Assembly (NCBI GenBank): GCA_973895155.1
Contig: OZ316895.1
Coordinates: 15,010,816-15,074,815 of the forward strand
From: Marsupella aquatica
Lineage: Eukaryota; Plantae; Marchantiophyta
DNA: 64,000 nt
Reading direction: 5' to 3'
Positions 38,602-51,855 of the stretch are shown piece after piece. Position 1 is the first letter of the stretch. Each line of letters starts with the position of its first letter. The notes under the pieces are model-generated. The model was not told the origin of the DNA. It made no database searches and was given only the letters and a program-made list of their open reading frames with translations. A program made the translations under genes and the position numbers.

Positions 38602-39446
38602 TTTACACCGTAAGTAGTTCCCTGTATAAATTGAAAGAGCCTAAGACAACTATCTTTGTCGGACTCAACTATATTCCTCAAACGCTGCATTCGTTGTGTT
38701 AGATCTTTCCATGCACAGTCAGTCGCAGACCCTAAATCTTTCACCTTGCGTACTCCCAATTTACCACATATCTTCACCATCTCTCCTCTACCTTCCTCTG
38801 GTAAGTTATAGAAAGAGTGCAAGCATCTCAGGAGATCATCCACACTCCAGTGCCCTGGGATGGTACCATTTCCAGGGCAGAAGATCAAATTTTCCCTCAC
38901 CTGCTCCCACGCCATCTAGATCCGTCCAGTGTACAGGAGATTGCCAAAGGATCGGGGTGAACACAGAAGTAGTTTATCCTTCATTGAGTACTTATTTCTA
39001 CAAACCACCCTGAAATTCCTCCAGGATGTTAGCTTCAAATTTTCGGCAAACATCAGTGCCCATTCCGACTCAGGATGATCAATCGCTCCAGTGAACCATT
39101 TACTTAAGAGAGCAGCAGAATGGCATCTAAATTCCTTAAGGCCCAGGCCACCGTCAACCTTAGGCCTAGATAGTCTCTCCCAAGCCACAAGTGGGATCTT
39201 CTTACCTCCTAGTCTATTGGCCCCCCACAGAAAAACCCTGCTCAAAGCTGTCAATTTTTTAGCCAATGCAGCAGGTGATCTAAGGAACATCATATGATAT
39301 ACAGGTATAGCTTGAAGTACATGTTTGACTAACATGACCCGACCAGTGAAAGAAAGGAGACGGTTAGACCAAGATGATAATCTGGCACCAATTTGATCGA
39401 GGCAAAAACCATGCAAGTTAGCCTCCGATATCCCATGAGTTTTCAC
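38602..39446 (-). pseudogene. L1-type LINE ORF2 fragment (region C-terminal to the RT core)
   Basis: LSSWSNRLLSFTGRVMLVKHVLQAIPVYHM...FLWG...LVAWERLSRPKVDGGLGLK...ALLSKW is the typical plant L1 post-RT signature. In-frame stop at 38916-38918; truncated at both ends. Confidence 0.9.
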
Positions 39447-39892
39447 AATGTTTATTTGATGCTACTAGGGTATGTCAGTATTCAAAGGAGCATCAAGAGA
39501 GTTTTTTTGGCCATAATTACGGACCCCCATGAGAGGTCTCTTGCAAATTCCCTGCCATGAGGTTGCGCCACATCATCACAACCAGCCACAAACAGGAATG
39601 ATCATACTTTTAACAATAACAAACGTGCACATTCCTGTTTGTGGCAAAAGCAACGTAATTTTTGGGGCGCCATGCCGTAAATATTGAACGTAAAAAAAAC
39701 CAAAATACAAAGGGAGATATGTCATTTAGTAAAATAAAGTTACCATTTTGATGTTTGTCAAAGATATATCAGTGTTTTATATCAAAATGCTTGTATTTTT
39801 TAATTGTTTGCAAGCTTGAAAAAACCAACCAATAGAAATGTACATAGTTAATTAAAACCCCTTTGGCTTCACATTGTAAAACTAAATAATCA

Positions 39893-40375
39893 ATCTCCTT
39901 AGTACTTGATAAAATCTGTCAATGTTTGATTCATTGGAAAACTCAAGATCAAGATTGAGAAACTCGTGACCTCTTTAGTATTGTCTTGATAAAATCTCTC
40001 AATGTCACACTCATTGGAAAACTAAAGTAAAATTAAAAACTGATCATCTCCTTAGTACTTGACAAAATCTATCAATGTGAGGTTCATTGGAAAGCTAGAG
40101 AAATTCAGATACTCATGATCTCTGTAATTCTTGACGAATAATCTCAATGTCACACATTAGAAAGCTAGAGAAATTGAAAACTTCATGATCTCTTTAGTAA
40201 CGTGACAAAATCTGACGTACAATTTGTCAATGTCGGACTCGATCATGTTGGAAAGCTAAACGAACTCATGGACTCATGATCAATATTTCTTATACTCACT
40301 CATTGGAAAGGCAAAGAAATTCAAAAACTCATTTGGAACTTGACAAAATTTGTCAATCTGAGGCTCATTGGAAAC
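39893..40375. repeat. Degenerate tandem array, ~70-bp unit, about 6-7 copies
   Basis: Recurrent unit atctcYttagtacttgaYaaaatctNtcaatgt...tcattggaaaRct; variation lies within conserved positions rather than in unique spacers. Confidence 0.8.
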
Positions 40376-42479
40376 CCTTTCTCGACTAAGAGATATCACA
40401 ATCTCATCACCGTCACAAACTTAGAGGTTGAAACTTGATTTCTTTGATTACGTCGCCATCCCTTGTCCACAATGCTTGTTTCCCGGCTTGAATTGTTTGC
40501 ATTCCTCTAGTCTTCAACTGAAGCTCACTCTGAACACAGGTTGACGCCAAATGCAGCCTCTATGTCAAAGAAACAATCATTGGTCTCCCTCTCACACCAT
40601 AGCTTTCTTAAATAAAAAAATTGCAAATCCTTCATGTGAAGCGATGACTTGTTTGTTTTGTGTGTTCTTCCCACCGAATCAACAAGCGCTCTTTTGCCAA
40701 TAGCTAAGTGTTGTCCTCCGGTCTGTCTTGTGACGGTAATGCTCAATGTAACTCACAAACGATCAATCATGAATGATAGAAACACAATTTCTCTAATGTG
40801 TAAGCAAAAACCGTAAAAAAACTCAATTCCTCCATATTCAACCTTTCGTTGATAAATCTCCTCTATCTTTTGAGCGTTACTTTTCTTTTGTACGAGCACA
40901 CACCAAGACCATCGGGAGACTCAAAACCGTCGATTACCTGGGCGATTACCGCCTTGTTGAAAATTGATTTCACTTCATCAAACACACATTCCTTGGATGA
41001 ACATGGGGGTCCACGGATTCATTTGTTGTTTAAGGCCTTTAGGGGTGAAACTTTTTATGCTGCAAGCTGCTGTTGCTGTTGCTTGAGCTTTGCTTGAGAT
41101 TTACCCACTAATTAGTTTCCTCTTTTGCTAGCATTGGTTTAGTAAGGGGTAACCGCTAATTATTGAATTTTGGTGTGGTTAGCCATGGGTACTAGAAACC
41201 AACCAAACTTTAAGTTAGTGAGTTATTATCTTGAGTTTTCAGATTGTCTTAACTAGTAGGGGACAGGCGGTTGGATTTTTGGCATCTAGTCAGATACCCC
41301 TGCTTGACCCTCTTATCTCTAGTCTTTTTGGCTTTTTGGCCTTTTCTTGTTCTCCCTTGATTGGGTTTTTGGCCCGTGAGATCTTGTCTCCCACTTGGAC
41401 ACCTTCTACTGCTTGGCAATAAGTTTGATATTTTTTTTCTGGTGCTATTAGGGTACGTTAGTATCCAAAGTGTCTCAGCCCTTGAAGGACACTATTTAAG
41501 CCTTGTCTTGATAATTTCATTGATGGTCTCTTTTCTACACACATACATTGTCTACCCGATTGTCTAGAATGATACTAGTTACATTAATTGTAATATTGAG
41601 GAATATTGTTTCCCATATTGTTTGCTTAAGGAGTTTAGGGTTTAGGGATTCAATTTAAATACACATTAAGAAGTTAGCTCCAAGGGAGTTTGGGCCATAC
41701 CTCCATCTCCTTGTGGATGCATGGGGATGTGGAAAGCAAGGACATAGCATAAGTCTAAACCCTAAATGTACCCTAAGACCTTTTGATGGCTTTTATTAAA
41801 GCTGTTGCTACATATCATCAAACTGGTAGAAAACAATATATTAAAGGGGCCTTTCAGTCATTGAACCTTATCATATTGCTCTGACCAGAAGCTTCCATCA
41901 CCAGATTTTTCCAAAATTTTGAACACTTTAATAAAGATATGTGTAAAGTAAGTAGGTCCTGAGTTCCACCCTAAATTTAATCTAACTCAAGATCAGACGT
42001 GCTAGTTTTCCATTAGTCATGAAGTACATCGATCCTAGTACTCTGGTTGCCCTTTGCGCCACTTGATCATGTTGCTAATGCAATGTGCTACAACTAGATG
42101 CTTCTTGCACATTACTCTAGTTACCCTCCTTGCCAATCTATTGTGTTGCCACAGCTGCATTGTGCTCCACTCAAACTCAGCTGGTTGCCCTCGTTGCCAA
42201 CCAAACGTGTTGCTCCCGCAGTGTGCTCCTTGCAATTCACTCTGGTTGCATTGTCTGGTGGCTTGCCAATTGTTTGTGTTGCACTATGTGTCATCCAAAA
42301 TTGTTGCCCTCTCCATTTTGTTTCAACTAAGGATTTTGTGGGCAGCAAGATGGCAAATGGAGATTCAGATGATCAATGCAATCAATTTTTTGGGAAGCCT
42401 GCCTATGGAGGAAATGCTCCCTCCACTGGTGCATGACCCATGCAAGGCACAACCAGGCCAATGATGATTTGTGTGCTCA

Positions 42480-45330
42480 AACACTAGTCATATCAAATTT
42501 GACCCATTGTTTTGTAATTTATGCCACTAGTGACCTTGGCTACATTGTGCTGGTTGTCTAAGATTTTTGGGGTACCCTTGTACATCAATTTGGTTCCAAT
42601 TAGAGGTAACAAGCCTTGGAGATTGCACAGCAAACTAGCCTTGTCATCCATTGCCATGAGAATGACATTTGGAAGTATCTTCAGACATGCGTGTGTCATT
42701 TCCACTAGGTGCAGCAACTCAAACTTACTCTAGTGTTAATGGATGCCACTACACTTGACACTCCACCAACCACTTCCAGATGAGTGGAAAGTCTCACAAG
42801 TGCACATATGACTCAAGGGATGTAGTTGTTGAATCAGCTGGAGATGCTACCACACCAAAGAGCTTGGAATTTGGAAGCTTGTAACTATGGTTTTGGAGTG
42901 ATTTGCATAAAGATGGTCCCACTGCCTAACACCTTGTTACTCATTGTCTGGTGAGTGTCTGGTGAGTGTGTAATGTTTTATACTAGGGACCCTTAATTCT
43001 ATACCAATGTTTCACTTATTATAAGGCAACTTAGTATGGGAGATTGAACCACAAACTAGGTTTGCAAGCCATTGCCATGAGAATGACATTTGGAAGTTTG
43101 TATGGTCTTTGAGTGATTTGCATATTAAGTTGGCCCTAGCTAGCACCCAACACCTTGGTAACTGAAACACTAGTGTTAGCATATTTTGATAGATTCTTTT
43201 GTAATTGAGGTCCATCAAGTGATCCTTGCCATTGCCTGGTGATTGTGTAAGGTTGTATGGGGCCGGACCCTTCTATATATAGCAATCTTTCACTTAAATA
43301 GGGCAACAAGTCCAGGAGATCGCACAAAAAACCAACTTTCAAGCCATTGCCATGAGAATGATTTTTGAAAGTAGTTATGTGGGTTTGTTGTTTCTGTTGC
43401 ATGGAACAACTCAAAATCTTGTGCTTAGAGACACATGCAATTGCATTTTCCACTCCAAGAGCCACTTCCAAACAAGTGCTACAATACACAAGTGTATATA
43501 TATCACTAGCTCAAGGGATGCAGTTGTTTAATAACCGATTGAAAATGCTACCATTAATACCAAAAGAGCTTGGCATTTGGAAGTTTGTATCATGGTCTTG
43601 AATTGGAGTCATTTGCATAAAGTGATCCTAGTACCCAACACTTTGGGTGCTAAACCACTAGTCATACATATTTTGACCAAATGTCATTCTTATGGTATTG
43701 GATGGCAAGGCTAGTTTGTTGTGCACTCTCCCAAGCTTGTTCTCCATAAATACGTGAAACATTGGTATAGAAAGGTACCCCAACAATGTTAGACAACCAG
43801 CACACTGTAGCTAGGGTCAAGTGCTACAATTACAAAACAGTGCATAGTGTCAAGTACCTCCATCAATCTATGTGTCATTTCCACTAGGTGGAGAAACTCA
43901 AACTCTAGTGCTAACATATGTCAGTGCACTTGCCACTCCAACAACCACTTCCAAATGGGGTCATTGTAGCGTGCGAGGAAACAGTAAAAACTTTCCTTGC
44001 ACGGGCACATTTTCTCCTTGCAATATGCAAAATCTGTCATGAAAATTGCCTTGCTAGCATGAAGTGACTCTCACTAGCCTAATTTAACTATTTGTTTTTA
44101 AACATAAACATCACTGTCTCATTGGATTTACCACTTGTTTGCTGTTACGAGTAACTGTTTGCAGTTTGCTATTTGCTGTCACGGTGGTTATACCCTAAAA
44201 ACAACATCATGAGAACGGGCAAGGACTAACGGTCCAAACTTAAGCAATCCCAGGAGCACATTCCCAAACAGAATCCAAAGCACCCTACAATCTCCCGCTT
44301 GCCACCATCCCCCATATCTCACTCGGACCTTTGGCCACCTCTCCATTCCTCCCATTTTGGTCATTGTTTTCCCCTTCTCTTCTCCACGGGACTCCAAGAG
44401 TGCTTTTCTTCTTCTCTCTGCGGGACTACAAGCGTTCTAGTGTTCTAGCAACGATCTCCTCTTGTCGTGGCATTGCACAATATACCTCCATGATTACATG
44501 CACAAGGGATTTATAAGTTTGGTTCCTTGACATCTTATCCCCCGGATGTTACTTTCCTCTATGCACTAGTTCAAGGTATCTCAGTTCTTTTCGTCTTCTC
44601 TAAGTTTTGGCCCGCTATTTGTTCAGCTTTGAGGTGTAGAAGGTCATTCCCAAAGACCCAACATATGTTCCTTTGACACCTTTGGAAAATGCCAGACATA
44701 AGTCAATGTTGAGTGTTTGTTACCCTAAGATTGACCCCTGTCCAAGAGCGGCCGTTGCTGGATCGGATGATGAGTTCACAATCCAGGAGATGAATAGGCT
44801 AGACCTTCAAGCGAGAAAGATGAATTTGACCTGGAGTAAATTGGTTACCATCGACTCTTACAATTTTTCTGTGTGTAAGTTTTTGGCGATCCATACTTTC
44901 CATGTAAAGAGGGACCATGTTTTGATGAAAGTGTGTGCTATTTGGTGATTTTTTTTTAATGTCAATGCATATGAGAATGATGCATGTTTTTTCCTTGTTA
45001 TATTACTTTCATTACTGGACGGGAGGGCAAATTGAGAATTGGCCTTTGTTTTTCCCGGAATGTATTATGACTTTGACGGAAGAAATTGCCTCGCAAACAA
45101 TACTGCCTCGCTAGCAAAATCTTCTCTTTGCTTGGACCATAGAAGTCCTCTTCCAAATGAGTGGTAAATTTCATAGGTGCACATGATATGATCGACTCAA
45201 TGGATGCAGCCGTTTAATCTGCTGGAGATGCTACCACACCAAAAGAACTTGGCATTTGGAAGTTGGGATGGTCTTGGAGTGATTTGCATTAAGATGGTCT
45301 TAGCACCCAACACCTTGGGTGATCAAAGAC
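42480..45330. repeat. Cluster of degenerate direct repeats (probable TE relic)
   Basis: ccattgccatgagaatga at ~42648, ~43069 and ~43344. atgctacca...ccaaaRRaRcttggMatttggaag at ~42844, ~43545 and ~45228. gtgtcatttccactaggtg at ~42693 and ~43872. Confidence 0.7.
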
Positions 45331-47173
45331 TGTGGAGTCATAACCTTATTGACCCTTAATTACAATCTTGATCTAGGACTAATTTAGTCTTACTCTAAGG
45401 AGGTGCCAAAAAAACTGGATCTCAACTTTCAAAATTAAGGAATGAGTAATTATTATTCTCAACATTGGGAGATAAGAAATATATATATAGAGGCAAAGAT
45501 GGTTTAGGAATATGGATAGGAATGTTTAGACCTTAAGGTTGACACAAAATTATGGGCAGAACATTGTGCAGTGCCAAGGAACAATTAATTAAATAATAAA
45601 TATTGGTACAGTACTTGGTTTGTTTTACTGTACACCTCCCTTTATTTGTAGTTCATACCTGATTTATGACTTTTAAACCATTCTCTGGTGTAACCATTGT
45701 AGCAATAAACTACAAATTGATCACTATGTTTAAAACCCTAATATACTAGAAAGTTGTGTTGAAATTGAGGTTAGGTAATACCTTGGTTCTTTAGCTTACC
45801 ATAGACAATATCAGTCAAGAGAAGGGACTCTTCTTTTGGTTGAAATGATATCATTTCCAAAAACTTCATTTTGTTTTTAAGAAAGGGTGTAACATAGTCA
45901 AAGAACGGACATGTCAAATTTCTATGTGTCCACATATCCTTATGTAATTTGATCATGTAAAGTACAAACATAATAAAAATTGAAATGATTACCTAAAGTA
46001 AATGATTTTCTACCTGTGGGGATTAGGAGCAGTCTAGGGATAGGGGACCGGTGTTTTAGGGCTGGACTTTTTTACTCCCTCCAAATTGACCCTGCGGCCG
46101 CCTGGTCAGTACTGTCCTGTATACTATTGACCGTCATAGCTGAAAGCTCTTGCTCGTGCTATGTTTGTGGAAGCAGCATTTTTGTTCGAGCAGCAAATGT
46201 GGAAAGAACCAGGACTGATGAATGTGTAAGGGAGAACCGAAGAGAGTTATTGTGCACTACGGATTTGTGGTGTTGCATTCTGCTTGCGGACCGGGCAGGA
46301 TCTAGGGGTGGCCAGACAGAGGTGGCACTGTCGTTTGGATCATTATCTAAGTACGTACGCAAGCTGACCACTCTGTTGAGCTGAGATATGATTTGAGCTC
46401 ACAAGCTTCTGGCCAGTTTCCGAGCAATGTATTTGACGGAGTTCCCTGTATCAGGTATGTTTCATTCAAATGCGCTCTCTCTTGGGCCCTAGGGATGTAA
46501 GTTTGTCCCGAGTTTGTTTGGATACACTTCATTGGAAAGTTGCGTGTTGAACAGTAGGATTCAAAATGCTTCCGGGAATGCTTCAATCACAAAACAGAGT
46601 TTTTCTCAATGAGGTGTAGCACAAGGATCGAGGTACTCTTAATATGGCCAAAGGTTTGTCTCAGACCGTAGAGCGCTGCATTCATTCTTCCACAGAATCA
46701 CGCCCCTAAGAGAACTTTAGCCAGTCGGCTGGGAGGCCCTGTTGCAGCCACTGAAAGTCAACTCCTTGCGCAATCCCCTCCTCACTTTGCAATCGGCAGG
46801 GCTAAAGCGCAATAAACAACACTAACCCACATGAATGTGAGGCGTACAGAGAGAAGCAGCAGCAACAGCACCATGCCACCACCCGGCGCCGAGGGCCACA
46901 ACCAAACTTGCAAGCAAATAGTAGAGCAGAGCAGAGCTTAGTGGAGTGGCGCGAGAGACTTAGTGTATAATTATACCAACGACAGTAAGGACTGGCAACA
47001 ATTACATAAGTCCCTAGCATGCAAACGGATCTCATATCACAAAATAATCCGTCTTGATCACTGCAGGTAGTACGCGGTCAAGCAGGGCGCATGATCCATC
47101 ATCCTCGAGAGCATTAAATTAAACAAGCAACCAAGAGTGAGCAATCCTTTGCTTTGAATCCTTTCCTCCCTCC

Positions 47174-48001
47174 CGTTCACTTCCTTGGAGCTTTCATAGA
47201 TTTCCAGATTTTGCTCTATTAAGCTTGTTCCTTCTTCTTAATATGCTTAATGCAATTGAGAGCTAATTGAGATTGATCAAGGTCAGGGACATTTGAAGCT
47301 TAGCTTCCCATTTTATACCGGTGTAGAGATGTTCAGTCTAACGTCTGGTCACTTGAGCCAAAAATTTGAAGAAAAGCTCTCCTCCTGTAGATTCAAAGCA
47401 CGTTCTCCCGCTCAAATTTAAGCTAACTAAGCTGGATCAAACTTGCTGGGATTTCTTTTGGCATAAGATTGCGTTTAGTTTTTGTCATGCGAGTTTCTGT
47501 ACATTTCTAATGCAACTTTTGATTTTAGTTGTGGATTGATGGAGTGGTATTTTCAGGTTGCAAATTTCGCAGCTACTCGTAGAGCCATTGTGCTAATACT
47601 GGGGCTGGTTCTCCATTGTCTTGGAGTCAATGACAAGCCCAGAACTCGTTATGGCTCATTGTCGCTCCTTGTAAAGAACAACGTCAGCCTTAGTTTTCTC
47701 TCAGGCGTGGCCAGCATCAACAAAATCACACCGACTTATATTCTGGTAGGCCATAGCACTACGTCCAAACTCCAAAACTACTCAACTTGCTACAACTGCA
47801 ATATGGTCCAGGATAGAGTAAGTAAATGCTTGAAGAGGCGTAGTATGGCATCGCTCTTCGTGTCTGTGACTTTTGAAATGGTACTAATAATGTGGCCAGT
47901 ATTCTATGTTCTAGAGCTCGATCAACTTGAAGAGCTGCTAACTCTCATGCATGGTTCTGACGTTCACTTCCTTGGAGCTTCCATAGATTTCCAGCTTTTG
48001 C
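47174..48001. repeat. Pair of ~40-50 bp direct repeats ~790 bp apart
   Basis: cgttcacttccttggagcttYcatagatttccagMttttgc at ~47174 and ~47960. Confidence 0.75.
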
Positions 48002-50779
48002 AATTGTTTGTTCCTCCCCTGGGCTGGCCGTGAAATGCATTTCTTAACGCTTTGTTGCAGCTCATAAGTTGGTACCTTTTGGCTGCAGATCGGTTGATTG
48101 AAGGAAACCCTTTCTATCCAGCAATGGTTTCCTTGAACCTACTCGCAATGTTGCCGTGAGCAAGGGTTGGATCCTGGTAAATTTATCTGACGTTGCTGCA
48201 TTGAATAGTGTAGCAGGCCGAGGTCTAGATTGAACCACTAGAGAAAAGGTTCGAGAGATTTCAAAGAGTTGCGTTCTTGCTGCTGTTGCCTTCAGTACTG
48301 CTATTGCCTTTACATGATACCATTAATACTACATGGAGTCATTGTGCCAAGCTCCTAGAATAATTCTCAGCTACTTGATTGTAGGAACAATCAAAAATGG
48401 CTTTTGGACGAGTGAAGGTGATTTTTGGGAGTGAGCTATCCAGCTGTGCCAGGCCGGAGTGATCTTTCCCAAATTTTCCAAGGCTCGGGAGGGACATCTT
48501 CAAAGAAGGTATTGATTTCCAAATTGATTCACTTGTTTGAGATGCAGGTAACGAGATTACGTCTATGCATGTTACTAGAAGCAATTGATTAGTCCTGCCA
48601 TCAAGTCTTTGAGGTCAAAGTAAGAGCTCCAATACTAGTTAAGCATAGAGTATTCAGTTAATATGTGGGAATAAAGAAATTGCGAAAGGCAGCAGCTTGT
48701 GTGATAATCGTGAGTCTATTGCCATTCCTGTTGCAAGCTTGCCTTCACCCTGTAACTGGGCATGAATGTCATCTCCGTTCCATTTCCATGAGATCAAAGA
48801 ATGTTGTTGAGCCCCTGTCCTTGGCTTGTTGAATGTTCTTGCTGTGAGAGTAACGCTATATCACTTACTGAATATTGGCAAGGCACTGGACCTGTTACTA
48901 GCAACGTAGCTACATGGTAGATCAAGGGCTTAGTTTGAGGTGAATTAGAAACTGATTGGATCAATTAGTTTGGCCCTTCCAAGATTGAATTTGGTGAGTA
49001 AGGGTCGGGAATGTATTGCCATGATTGAGTAGAGTGGGGAGGTCGGGACGGCTACCTGTGTCACAGCATGAACTCATGTTTCTTCCTTGCACGTCTTGTT
49101 TCTTCCATGAAATTGTTTGCAGCCTCTTTGGTAGCTAACGGGGACGCTGTTTGAAAGAGAGAAATATTATATTTGTAAGAAGAAGGCTACAGACTTTAGG
49201 GCCGGTGATTACACAAGAAGTCCATGGTGGGGTGATGATGCACTCCAGGTAATTTTATCCCATCCTCAACAATTTTGACAACCAAGCCTGGAGTACCTTC
49301 ATTCATCGTCTCCAGTTTTCATTTGGTCTACAAGTCTCACATGTTTTCAGATTGTCTTTTGCTTTCCTCAAAACTAGTTTTTCTTTAGCTTAGTGTTCCT
49401 TTGTCAGCTCCGCTCTTGCTGTTTGTGCGTATTATGTGGATTAATTTGTTTGCTGATCGACCATGCCTGTCAGTATTGAATCTTGTTCCCGTAACTCTGC
49501 GAGCTCAGTAAGCGTTTTAATACTCTAGTTTTGGTTTGGCTGACTCCTTTTTGTGGTGTAGTATGCTGTGTGAAGGCATGGAACGCCAGGAAATACTCTC
49601 ACATGCTATGTGAAGGCCAGGACTATTCTCACTCACCTGGTAAGTGCTGCTACCCCATAGAGGCCACGTACTAGCATCTACTTATGAGATTGAAAGTTTA
49701 TAGATCCATTATACTGTTGGACATCTTCAAGTCTTGATCGCTATTTTGGAGGCTTTGTTAATTATAAACTTGTTGATGATATGGCATATCTGTATCTCTT
49801 TGAGTTTGCTACTTGGTCACAATGATATTTGTACAAAGCAGGGTACACAGTGGAACTAGCGACTATCTCCACCTCATCTATAAATTTGTTCTGAGTGAAC
49901 ACATGTTGTCGCATGACCTGAAATGAAACTAAGAATGATCACGTAGAAGCCAGTCCGAATATCTTGCTACGTACGTTTTCACCCGTGTTTTCAATGTGAC
50001 AATGAACGAATGATCTTGTCTTGCTTTCTCCTCTTCGCATCTCATCAAGACAACTAAAAGTGTCACCTCATTCAATCATGATCGACATGGTTGCAACCTG
50101 CCTCCAATCTCCTTAGTCCAGAGTGTGCTAAAGATTTTGTAGCAGGATTTGTCCAGTTGTGCTTGACTATTCCTAAAGGCCATCTTATGTTTATTAAGGG
50201 TAACCAAAGCCTAACTCAATGTAATCACAACTAATTAAATTAAAACATTTGGAGGATCCTAATATCCCCTTGTTCCCACAATCATAACTCAAATGAATCC
50301 ATATATGAGTCCGTCCAATCATTAAGTTGTTCTTACGTGTACACCTTATCAAAGAGTACTATCCCTGAGGCCGTCTAGCTACTTTGTCACTATGGACAGT
50401 CCATTTCCTGAACCTATTCCATGTTCTGGAGTCCCAATACAATCACTCCATACAATCACTCGACTGTCATTCTAGCAAGTCCCACTTAAAAAAATCGATT
50501 GCATTTTATCCCTACTAGCTGGAACCATTATTTGCAAATAAGTTGTCTATCACGTCTTGTCCCATTGGCCCCTTTGTGGTAAATTAACCCATTTAGCCAT
50601 TACATCTGTTCAAACCCGGTTCATTTATCCATTGCTGCATGAACCATGGTTCGTGAAGCAATATTAGACTCCGGCCACTACCATTGCCCCAAACTGGACC
50701 CGATTATCCATGGTTGGCACATTATTATGCCACCATTCCCAAATCTGGCCCAATGTATCCTACATGGTATGAACCATGG

Positions 50780-51355
50780 TTTGCTCTATGAAGAAGTGTA
50801 AGACTCCCATGAGTTCTCATAGCTCCCAACTAAGCTTGACTATCTGTCTTTGTTTTAGCCCGCCATTTTTTGGAAAATGGATTTCTATTTGCAATTTCAG
50901 CACGAACCATGGTTCGTTGTATAATAGAGTCTGTGACTTCCACTCTCACAAGTCTCAACTAGGCTTAACTATCCCCTTTTGTCCTACTTTTAGCTAGTCA
51001 TTTTTTGGCAAATGGATTTCCATTTGCAATTTCAGCACGAACCATGGTTCGTTCTATGAAATAGTCTGTGATTCCCACTCTCACAGGTCTCAATTATAAT
51101 TTCAGCTTGAACCATGGTAGACCAATAGGCCATGCATGGCTTGAACCATGGTCTCAATTATAATTTCAGCTTGAACCAATAGGCCATGCATGTCCACCTA
51201 GTCCATATCTTACCCTAAAGAAACCATGGTTATACTATACATGAATTGAAATCACCTCTTACACCACGAACCATGGGTTGTACTATACATGAATTGAAAT
51301 CACCTCTTACAGCACGAACCATGGGTTGTACTATACATGAATTGAAATCATCTCT
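50780..51355. repeat. Subterminal tandem repeats of element B (~135-bp units and a 48-bp unit x ~3)
   Basis: aatggatttcYatttgcaatttcagcacgaaccatggttcgtt at ~50876 and ~51011. tactatacatgaattgaaatca starts at 51233, 51281 and 51329 (48-bp period). Units carry AACCATGG. Confidence 0.9.
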
Positions 51356-51855
51356 CAATTCTAGTCTAAGATATGAGCCAGCACTATCATTTGAGTGATT
51401 CAACTTTGTTATGTTTTCAATGACATGAACCATGTAGAGTCGTTTCTCTGAAGTTGATCTTAACCATGTAGAGTCCTCTCTAAACTTAATCTTTCTAGTC
51501 AAGTTTGTCAAACCCTGTTGTCCTATCGAATTGGTTTTCCTGTAGTACTGAGAATAAATACTAGTCACAACCCTGGCCAAAACTAATTGTCATTGCACGA
51601 ACCATGGTTTGCACTATCCAAAGTCGTCTTTGATTTTTTAAGATTTTAGAGCTTGTGGCATGAACCATGGTTTGTTCTAAAATTTGCCAAGATCCAAGGA
51701 ACTATTTATTGTGCCTAGACTTTGCTTCTAAAAAACATTGAACCCTAAGTCTTTAACCTTAAACATTTTTGACACATTTTTTGATAGTATACTTATCACA
51801 TTTGTTGTTGTTGTTGTGTAGCTCGCGCAAACTTGTGTTTGACAACTACACAAGC

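Noticed and set aside
39893-40375. Regularly spaced repeats that could be mistaken for a CRISPR array
   Set aside because: Units are degenerate along their whole length with no unique spacers, there are no cas genes, and the context is eukaryotic.
42035-42561. Cluster of overlapping Cys-rich ORFs
   Set aside because: Explained by TTG/TGC-rich low-complexity sequence open in several frames on both strands; no family motif.
46016-48033. ORFs 46016-46384 and 47482-48033 as a protein-coding gene
   Set aside because: Non-ATG starts, no domains, and no consistent exon chain. Could be a non-coding transcript but I cannot support a call.
48100-49050. Possible decayed LINE coding sequence on the minus strand
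   Set aside because: No diagnostic endonuclease or RT motif could be recovered by eye.
51222-51580. 48-bp repeats and the repetitive minus-strand ORF 51230-51580
   Set aside because: Plain tandem repeat with no spacers; the ORF's repeated peptide is a by-product of the DNA repeat.
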